The notes under the pieces: generated by a model | What the model saw: the letters and a program-made list of their open reading frames with translations, nothing else | Database searches by the model: none | Told to the model about the DNA's origin: nothing | Made by a program: the position numbers and the translations under genes | In this document: piece by piece, positions 1-6,808 of the stretch | Position numbering within the stretch: the stretch's first letter is position 1 | Layout: each line of letters starts with the position of its first letter | Assembly (NCBI GenBank): GCA_910585865.1 | Contig: CAJUGO010000003.1 | Span: 32,924 to 96,923 of the forward strand | DNA: 64,000 nt | DNA from: an uncultured Ruminococcus sp. | GTDB lineage: Bacteria > Bacillota > Clostridia > Oscillospirales > Acutalibacteraceae | Reading direction: 5' to 3'

Positions 1-70
1 GAGAAGGAATGCTGTAAAAAACGGTAAAGTGATTGATATGAAAATGTACTCTTTGTTAAAAGAGGAATAA
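1..70 (+). CDS. 3' end of a gene truncated by the window edge (...RRNAVKNGKVIDMKMYSLLKEE*); product not assignable
   Basis: Frame 2 is open from position 2 to TAA 68-70 (own translation). Only 22 codons are visible. Confidence 0.2.
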   Translation, partial: RRNAVKNGKVIDMKMYSLLKEE

Positions 71-113
71 TGGCTTTTTGCCTATTACATATATAAATTA
101 AAAAGGTAACGAT

Positions 114-701
114 ATGGTGACAAAATTAAAGTATGGAAATACAAATACATATTTCGTGCGGGGTACAAAGGGTGGATTGCTGATTGATACTGATTATGCT
201 GGAACTTTGCAGGATCTTTTTAAAGCCTTAAAGAAAAGTGTGATATCAATAACCAATATTACTTATATTTTGGCAACGCATTATCATCCAGACCATATCG
301 GGCTTGTTAGTGAACTACAAAAAATGGGAATAAAGTTACTCCTCATTGATACCCAATGTGACTATGTGCATTTTGCTGATGATATATTTAATCGTGAAAA
401 CCACTTGCAATATGAACCTATTGACGAAAAAAATGCTACCATTATTGATTGTTGTGAAAGCAGAAGTTTTCTTGTTGATTTAGGTATTGCAGGAGAAATC
501 GTTAAAACTGCGAGTCATAGTAAGGATAGCATATCTATTATTTTGGATAACGGGGTTTGTATTGTGGGTGATTTAGAGCCGATGGAATATCTTGATGCTT
601 ATGATGAAAATATCTCTTTAAAAAATGACTGGAAACTTATTATGAGTTATAATCCGAAAGTCATATATTATGCCCATGCAAATGAAAAATATTTCGCGTA
701 A
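114..701 (+). CDS. MBL-fold metallo-hydrolase (195 aa)
   Basis: ORF track. Metallo-beta-lactamase HxHxDH motif 'ATHYHPDHIG', with later His/Asp ligand candidates. Confidence 0.8.
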   Translation: MVTKLKYGNTNTYFVRGTKGGLLIDTDYAGTLQDLFKALKKSVISITNITYILATHYHPDHIGLVSELQKMGIKLLLIDTQCDYVHFADDIFNRENHLQYEPIDEKNATIIDCCESRSFLVDLGIAGEIVKTASHSKDSISIILDNGVCIVGDLEPMEYLDAYDENISLKNDWKLIMSYNPKVIYYAHANEKYFA

Positions 702-723
702 TAATGGTTTGAATGGAGAAAAA

Positions 724-1194
724 ATGGATTTTAAAATTCGAGAAATTAGAAAAAGTGAATATCCAGTATTATCTGATTTTTTGTATGAAGCAATTTTTGT
801 CCCGGAAGGAATGGATAAGCCGCCAAAATCTATTATTAAACAGCCAGAGCTGCATGTATATATTGCTGGATTTGGAAAAGCAGACGATTGGTGCTTGGTT
901 GCAGAAGTAAAAGAAAAGGTTGTGGGTGCAGTATGGGGACGTATAATGAATGATTACGGACATATTGATGATAAAACACCATCCCTTGCAATATCTCTTT
1001 ATGAGGAATACAGACATTTTGGTATTGGTACTTCACTTATGAGAGCGATGCTGCAGCTTCTAAAAGATAAGGGATATAAGCAGACATCACTTTCTGTGCA
1101 AAAAGCAAATTACGCGGTTAATATGTATAAAAAGGAAGGTTTTCAGGTCGTTGACGAAAACGAGGAAGAATACATTATGGTTTACCAATTTTAG
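724..1194 (+). CDS. GNAT family N-acetyltransferase
   Basis: Acetyl-CoA binding motif-A-like 'YRHFGIGTSLMRAM' and C-terminal 'YKKEGFQVV'. Start moved from ORF-track 670 to ATG 724 (GGAGA at 715-719), which removes the overlap with the upstream gene. Confidence 0.8.
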   Translation: MDFKIREIRKSEYPVLSDFLYEAIFVPEGMDKPPKSIIKQPELHVYIAGFGKADDWCLVAEVKEKVVGAVWGRIMNDYGHIDDKTPSLAISLYEEYRHFGIGTSLMRAMLQLLKDKGYKQTSLSVQKANYAVNMYKKEGFQVVDENEEEYIMVYQF

Positions 1195-1314
1195 CAGAGA
1201 AGAGATTTTAGATATTAATTGTCAAAGTAAAAGTTTATTTTTTAAACCGAATTTTATAATTTCATATTTATTAATATTTTTTAAATTATTCTTTAATACA
1301 GGAGGCAATTATTT

Positions 1315-1791
1315 ATGGCGAATGAGAATAAAAAAGATTTTAATGCTATGCTGAATGATAGTAAAGACATGCCTAAATTTCAGACAATTACGGATGAAAA
1401 AACCATAGAAAAATACGGCGGGGAGAAAATGTATTTTGCGCCGCCGATTGATTATGACAAAGTAATGCGGCTTGTTCCGTTTGGAAAGCTGATTACCATA
1501 GGTGAAATAAGGGAATATTTTGCAAAACAAAATGGAGCCGATTTTACAGAACCGATTACAGCGGGAATATTTGTCTCAATTGCTGCATGGGCAAGTTTTC
1601 AGAGAACAGAAGATAAAATCCCTTATTGGAGAACACTTAAAGCAAATGGGGAACTAAATGCAAAATATCCCGGCGGTATTGAGGTGCAGAAAGATATGCT
1701 TGAAGGAGAAGGACATACAATCATACAAAAGGGAAGAAAGAATATCAGATATTATGTTAAAGACTATGAGAGCAAGTTGTTTTCGTTATAA
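1315..1791 (+). CDS. MGMT/ATL-like DNA-binding domain protein lacking the active-site cysteine
   Basis: 'KIPYWRTLKANGEL' resembles the P-C-H-R-V-(V)-x-x-x-G motif of O6-alkylguanine-DNA alkyltransferases, with Tyr in place of Cys. AGGAGG RBS at 1300-1305. Confidence 0.5.
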   Translation: MANENKKDFNAMLNDSKDMPKFQTITDEKTIEKYGGEKMYFAPPIDYDKVMRLVPFGKLITIGEIREYFAKQNGADFTEPITAGIFVSIAAWASFQRTEDKIPYWRTLKANGELNAKYPGGIEVQKDMLEGEGHTIIQKGRKNIRYYVKDYESKLFSL

Positions 1792-2184
1792 GCATAAGCT
1801 GTTGGAAGCAGTAAAAATGTTATATTTAACCGCTTATGGTATTTGACCTGAATTATATATGATCTGTATAGCTAAAATAAGTTAGTTATAATATTGAAAA
1901 GTTTTTTGTTTAGCAAAGATTGATCACAATATCTGTGTTGATAAATAGGTCTCTGGCTGTGATTAGTAAACATTTTCTTATGTGATATTAAAGATTTTGA
2001 GATGTTGAAGAGTTTAAAGTTTTTTATTAATATTCAGAGTTTAAACACATTCTGTTTGAGACATATGTGCATAAAAAATATGTAAGTAATTTATTTATTA
2101 ATTTCTAAAAATTATCTATAAAAAAATCATATTATGTCACACAGGTAAAGATGTATTGTCTAATTAAGTAGGAGGTAAAAATCT

Positions 2185-3054
2185 ATGAATAAAAAAACAA
2201 ACAAAGAAATGCTGGCTTTGGTTGATAAAGCTACAGCAGGGGACAAAAAAGCCCTCGAAACACTTGTTGCAGATGTACAGGACATTATATTTAATTTATC
2301 TCTGCGAATGCTTGGAACATTTGCTGATGCGCAGGATGCCACGCAGGATATCTTACTGAAAATGATTACGCATTTATCATCTTTTGAAGGTAAAAGCTCA
2401 TTTACCACATGGGTATTCAGTATTGCTGCCAATCATTTAAAAAATTACAAAAAGTATATGTTTGCCCAATATCCGCTTAGTTTTGAGTATTATGGAGATG
2501 ATATAGAAAACGGAAAAATTAAGGATATTCCAGATTTGACTCAGAATGTTGAAAAGAATATTTTGGCAGAGGAATTAAAGCTGTCGTGTACAAATGTAAT
2601 GTTGCAATGTCTTGATGCGGAAAGCAGATGTATTTTCATAATGGGAACAATGTTTAAGATTGACAGCCGCATTGCTGGAGATATTTTGGGAATGACGCCG
2701 GAAGCATATCGCCAAAGGCTTTCCAGGATTCGAAGAAAAATGGCAGATTTCCTTGAACAGTATTGCGGCGAGTATGGCAGCGGAAAATGCAGGTGCAAAG
2801 ACAGGGTGAATTATGCAATTAAAAGTCATAGAATAAACCCGTTGCAGCTGGATTATACAACTGCTGAGGAAATTTCTATCGAGACTATGTTTGAAGTAAA
2901 AAAGGCTATGGAGGATATTGATGATTTGTCACAGGACTTTTCATTTTGCAAGCCTTATCAATCGCCTGAACATACAAAAAATATGATACGGGAATTTTTA
3001 GAGTCTACGCAATTTAATCTTATTAAAAATTCCGGAAAGGGAAGCAGTTTATGA
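2185..3054 (+). CDS. ECF-type sigma-70 family sigma factor with a ~100-aa C-terminal extension
   Basis: Region 2 'DAQDATQDILLKMITHL...FTTWVFSIAANHLKNY'. Region 4 HTH 'SRIAGDILGMTPEAYRQRLSRIRRKM'. These are followed by 'CGEYGSGKCRC' and about 90 further residues. AGGAGG RBS at 2170-2175. Confidence 0.8.
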   Translation: MNKKTNKEMLALVDKATAGDKKALETLVADVQDIIFNLSLRMLGTFADAQDATQDILLKMITHLSSFEGKSSFTTWVFSIAANHLKNYKKYMFAQYPLSFEYYGDDIENGKIKDIPDLTQNVEKNILAEELKLSCTNVMLQCLDAESRCIFIMGTMFKIDSRIAGDILGMTPEAYRQRLSRIRRKMADFLEQYCGEYGSGKCRCKDRVNYAIKSHRINPLQLDYTTAEEISIETMFEVKKAMEDIDDLSQDFSFCKPYQSPEHTKNMIREFLESTQFNLIKNSGKGSSL

Positions 3055-3734
3055 ACATCTCATTAATTACAGATTACCTGTCAAATTTGAGCATAAATAA
3101 CAATCGCGAATGGTATCATGCCAACAAGGAAGATTACAAAAAAGCAAATGCTGCTTTTGAAGAATTATTGCAGGTTTTAATACTTGAAATCGGAAAGTTT
3201 GATAACAGTATATTACATAATATTCCCAAAAACCTTACGTTTAAGATTGTAAGGGATACGCGTTTCAGTCATGATAAGTCTCCGTATAATCCTGCTTTCC
3301 GAGCCCACATATCCGCAAAAGGTAAACTTCCTGTTCCGGTCGGATATTACCTCATGATAAAGCCCGGCAATCAGTCTTTTTTAGGCGGCGGTTTGTTTGC
3401 AGATATGTTTAAGGATGCAACAACGATGGTACGGGATTATATTTTTCAAAACGGCGAAGAATGGGAAAGGATTATCCGCGAGCCAAAGTTTGAAAAACAT
3501 TTTGCTGTACAGGGAACAGCATTAAAGAATGTTCCTGCAAGGTATGATAAAGAGCATCCACAAGCAGAATATCTGAAATTTAAAAGCTGGTATCTGGAAT
3601 ATCCTATAAAAGATGAAGAATTAAACGATGCAGATGCATTTATCGTAAAAGCTGCCGAGTGCTTCCAAATAATGAAGCCTTTTAATGACTATCTGAATAA
3701 AGCGCTTGCGGACTTTCAGATGCCTGCAAGGTAA
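3051..3734 (+). CDS. DUF2461 (TIGR02453) family protein
   Basis: N-terminal 'NNREWYHANKEDYKKA' and 'RDTRFSHDKSPYNPAF' are the motifs I recall for this family. ATGA start/stop overlap with the sigma factor gene. Confidence 0.7.
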   Translation: MNISLITDYLSNLSINNNREWYHANKEDYKKANAAFEELLQVLILEIGKFDNSILHNIPKNLTFKIVRDTRFSHDKSPYNPAFRAHISAKGKLPVPVGYYLMIKPGNQSFLGGGLFADMFKDATTMVRDYIFQNGEEWERIIREPKFEKHFAVQGTALKNVPARYDKEHPQAEYLKFKSWYLEYPIKDEELNDADAFIVKAAECFQIMKPFNDYLNKALADFQMPAR

Positions 3735-3778
3735 CAAAATTTTTAAGTTCGGATTAAATCTGACTCATATAAAATTAT

Positions 3779-3811
3779 AAAGAGGATAGCCAATAAACGG
3801 CTATCCTCTTT
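3779..3811. terminator. Bidirectional rho-independent terminator between convergent genes
   Basis: 13-bp stem aaagaggatagcc / ggctatcctcttt with a 7-nt loop. A-run upstream and T-run downstream. Confidence 0.7.
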
Positions 3812-3915
3812 CAAAAGTTATAAAACAAATTGTAAATAATAAAACACGGATAATGACATTTGATAATGACATTTTTAGTTATTCTTAATTATTGTGAAAA
3901 ATATTAAGAGTACGT

Positions 3916-4407
3916 TTAAATATGCTTTTCCATAACATAATTTGTCAAAGCAATGCCCATTTTAGTTACTTGTTGTTCTTTAATAACTTTATATCCTCTG
4001 TGAACAAAAAACAGTTTAGCTGTAATAGATGAATGTACGGTTATTTTGTTTACAGAATATCTGCTTTCAAGTTTGTTACAAATAGCAGTAGCAACGCCTT
4101 GATTTTGATAATCTTTATGTACGTAGAGTCTGTCAAGATAGCCTGTTTGGTCAATATCTCCGAATCCGACTATAATATCGTTTTTTACTGCAACAAGAGT
4201 AAAATGTTCTGATAAAGATAGATTCCATTTGTCAATATCTGTATTGCCAGACGCCCATACATTTAACTGTTCGTTTGTATAGTCTTTCGCATTTATTGTA
4301 TGAACAGTATTATAAAACAATTTTATTAAATGTTTGCAGTCAGATGACAAATATTTTCTGATAATCACGTGTTTGTTCACCTTCTGTTTCAGTTTATATC
4401 TGAGCAT
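3916..4407 (-). CDS. GNAT family N-acetyltransferase
   Basis: 'LDRLYVHKDYQNQGVATAICNKLE' acetyl-CoA motif, with 'HRGYKV' near the C-terminus. Confidence 0.8.
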   Translation of the reverse strand: MLRYKLKQKVNKHVIIRKYLSSDCKHLIKLFYNTVHTINAKDYTNEQLNVWASGNTDIDKWNLSLSEHFTLVAVKNDIIVGFGDIDQTGYLDRLYVHKDYQNQGVATAICNKLESRYSVNKITVHSSITAKLFFVHRGYKVIKEQQVTKMGIALTNYVMEKHI

Positions 4408-4487
4408 ATAATTTAACTTCTTAACTTAGATGCAGATTATCTTCGTTTATTATGATTTTTTCGGAATTATTTGCAAAATTTGATATA

Positions 4488-5273
4488 TTATTTTGATTGT
4501 AGTGCTTTAGAAATTGATATTCCGTGATATTTCTTAAATTCATTTAACAGATGTGACTGGTCATAAAATCCAAGTTTATCAACAGAGTTTAATATATTGA
4601 AATTTGGTTTTAAACAATCCTGCCAAAGCTTTTGGTAACGAACCAGGTCAATCATTTGTTTTGGAGAAACACCTGTATTCTCAATGAAATCTCTCTCAAG
4701 CTGTCGCCTGCTTTTAAAACAGTAGTTTGACAGATCATTGACTTTCAGTTTGCAGTTATTTTTAATAATGTAATAAATTGAGTTCATAACATCATTATTC
4801 TGCCTATCTGGATTTATTTTTTTATACAGATAGTTTTCAGCAATTTTTTTTCGTTCAAAAATATTTTCGGCGTAAATAAGGTCATTGTGAATTGTCTGAA
4901 AATCTGAAAAATATTCTTTAACATCTAAAAAGTTATTTAATGTATTTTTTAGATTATTATCAGCAAAAAGTATTATGCTCCAAGCGTAAAACCGTATGGC
5001 AAACATACAGTTATTGCAGTCAGTAACAAATGGCACATTATTAATACCGCATAGTCCGACATTTATTGAATTATCTTCAAAACTGAATATAATATCCATA
5101 CAAATATCAGGAATTACACGTGTTTCATTTTGATTAAGTGAATTAGGTTTGTATTCCCAAAAACACTTTATGAATGGCCTTAGGTTGTGATGAGGTTCTA
5201 TTTCTATATATCCGTTGCAATTGTTAATATTGGATGTGACGGTTGTAAAAATATTGTTAATATAAAATGACAT
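4488..5273 (-). CDS. AraC family transcriptional regulator
   Basis: C-terminal double HTH: 'RQLERDFIENTGVSPKQMIDLVRYQKL' and 'GFYDQSHLLNEFKKYHGISISKAL'. Confidence 0.8.
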   Translation of the reverse strand: MSFYINNIFTTVTSNINNCNGYIEIEPHHNLRPFIKCFWEYKPNSLNQNETRVIPDICMDIIFSFEDNSINVGLCGINNVPFVTDCNNCMFAIRFYAWSIILFADNNLKNTLNNFLDVKEYFSDFQTIHNDLIYAENIFERKKIAENYLYKKINPDRQNNDVMNSIYYIIKNNCKLKVNDLSNYCFKSRRQLERDFIENTGVSPKQMIDLVRYQKLWQDCLKPNFNILNSVDKLGFYDQSHLLNEFKKYHGISISKALQSK

Positions 5274-5285
5274 AGCGTATATAAA

Positions 5286-6245
5286 TTAATGATTCAAATA
5301 ATCTGAAAACCAGATTTTATGTGTGTCTACTTTGAATTCTCTGCCGTTAAGATAATTTAAAATCCCGGCGTCGGTTTTAAAATTAAATTTTAGTTTATAG
5401 CTGTAAAGAGCCTGGTATTTAAATCCGGCAGGCGGTCTTCTGTTTTTTCCATATTTTGTGTCGCCGACAAGGGGGTGCCCGATTGATGCCATATGTGCTC
5501 TTATCTGGTGTGTTCTTCCGGTTATAAGCTCAATGTTTATAAGACTGTACTTTTCATTAAAATCAATTACATTATATTTTGTCTTGATACTTTTTGAATT
5601 TTCTTCCTTGTTTTTAAACACAGTAACCTTGTTTTTGCTCTCGTTTTTAGTAATATAACCTTCTAATGTTCCGGTGCTTTGCTTTGGTTTGCCGTAAACA
5701 AGACAAATATAATGCTTTTCAAGTTCCCTTGTTTTTATCTTTGCATTTAGAACACGCAAACTTTCAGCATTCTTTGCCGCTATTACGATTCCGCCGGTGT
5801 TGCGGTCAATACGGTTTGCAAGTGCCGGGGCAAATGCCTTTTCTTCATCGGGGATGTATTCGCCCTTGTCATACAGGTAATGCCATACCCTTGAAATCAG
5901 TGAATCGAAGTGATAAGTTTTATCAGGGTGAACAATGATACCGGGTTTTTTATCGATAAGAATAATGTTTTCATCCTCATATACTATATCAAATTTTTTG
6001 GGAGCTTTAATAAAATCATAATTTTTTTGCTCGCTGTTTTCAAAAAATTCGTCTTTTATATAAAAGGTAAGTACGTCACCCTCGCAAAGTATAGTCTGAA
6101 TATCACATTTTTTGCCGTTCACCTTAATACATTTTTTTCTTATATATTTGTACATAAGTGATTTTGGCAGTGTTTTAAAGCGCTTTTGCAAAAATTTATC
6201 GAGGCGCTGATTTGCTTCATTTTTATTTATTTGCAGTGTTCTCAT
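5286..6245 (-). CDS. RluA family 23S rRNA/tRNA pseudouridine synthase with N-terminal S4 domain
   Basis: 'LANRIDRNTGGIVIAAK' (catalytic Asp motif) and 'GRTHQIRAHMASIGHPLVGDTKYG'. Confidence 0.9.
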   Translation of the reverse strand: MRTLQINKNEANQRLDKFLQKRFKTLPKSLMYKYIRKKCIKVNGKKCDIQTILCEGDVLTFYIKDEFFENSEQKNYDFIKAPKKFDIVYEDENIILIDKKPGIIVHPDKTYHFDSLISRVWHYLYDKGEYIPDEEKAFAPALANRIDRNTGGIVIAAKNAESLRVLNAKIKTRELEKHYICLVYGKPKQSTGTLEGYITKNESKNKVTVFKNKEENSKSIKTKYNVIDFNEKYSLINIELITGRTHQIRAHMASIGHPLVGDTKYGKNRRPPAGFKYQALYSYKLKFNFKTDAGILNYLNGREFKVDTHKIWFSDYLNH

Positions 6246-6401
6246 TTTATTCTCCGCAGCATTCTATGTTGATTTTTATTATGCAATATGTTTTTTGTAC
6301 ATTAATTAAACTTAATAGTATATTATCTCATATTCAAAAATAATTCAACTGCTTTTTGCACACAAATATTATAAATGTATAAACTGTTAAAGGGTGATAC
6401 A

Positions 6402-6545
6402 GTGAATTGCTACAGACATAGAGTAAAATCGGCAATATGCTTTGGACTGGGTTTGCTTATTGCAGCGCTGCTGCCGTCCGAATGGGTGATTATTGTAGCA
6501 GCCGCTGCACTTGTAATAGTAAGCATATCTTGTGTACGGAGGTAA
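6402..6545 (+). CDS. Possible 47-aa small membrane protein (VNCYRHRVKSAICFGLGLLIAALLPSEWVIIVAAAALVIVSISCVRR)
   Basis: Own translation from GTG 6402 to TAA 6543-6545. Two hydrophobic stretches; the stop lies 2 nt before the spoVM ATG. Weak RBS (aaaggg). Not in the ORF track because it is under 60 aa. Confidence 0.25.
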   Translation: MNCYRHRVKSAICFGLGLLIAALLPSEWVIIVAAAALVIVSISCVRR

Positions 6546-6547
6546 TT

Positions 6548-6634
6548 ATGAAAGTTGTACTTATTGAAAAACCTAAATTCATATCAGCATTGCTCAGAAA
6601 AATTTATGGAATAAAAAAAGAGGTGCAGTCTTAA
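6548..6634 (+). CDS. spoVM: Stage V sporulation protein M (28 aa: MKVVLIEKPKFISALLRKIYGIKKEVQS)
   Basis: The internal Met of ORF 6437..6634 is preceded by GGAGG (6538-6542). The amphipathic pattern M-K-h-h-x-I-x-x-P-K-F-h-x-x-h-h-R-x-h-x-G matches B. subtilis SpoVM (MKFYTIKLPKFLGGIVRAMLGSFRKD). Confidence 0.7.
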   Translation: MKVVLIEKPKFISALLRKIYGIKKEVQS

Positions 6635-6671
6635 TAACTGCAGATAGTAATAGTTGACAATTTTTTATATG

Positions 6672-6717
6672 ATAAGATGTGCATAGTGACAAAAAACTAT
6701 GCACATCTTATTTTTAT
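6672..6717 (+). terminator. Rho-independent terminator after spoVM
   Basis: 16-bp perfect stem ataagatgtgcatagt / actatgcacatcttat, 8-nt loop, followed by TTTTT. Confidence 0.75.
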
Positions 6718-6808
6718 ATTGAGTTTTTTTAAAAGTAATAATATAATAAACTCATAATTGTACTTTAATTTTTCAGTGCAATTGAAATTTTAGGAGGTTG
6801 AATTAACA

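Noticed and set aside
2010-2045. 10-bp direct repeat agagtttaaa (two copies, 25 nt apart) in the 393-nt AT-rich region upstream of the ECF sigma gene
   Set aside because: A short, AT-rich repeat like this could arise by chance. I cannot tie it to an ECF-type -35/-10 pair.
3849-3874. Perfect tandem duplication of the 13-mer gataatgacattt
   Set aside because: It is real in the sequence, but there are only two copies, in the 3' region between convergent genes, with no associated feature. It is most simply a slippage duplication.
6437-6547. N-terminal 37 codons of the 65-aa ORF containing spoVM
   Set aside because: The translation is Cys-rich and not protein-like, and it overlaps the alternative-frame micro-ORF. 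The RBS sits immediately before the internal Met at 6548.
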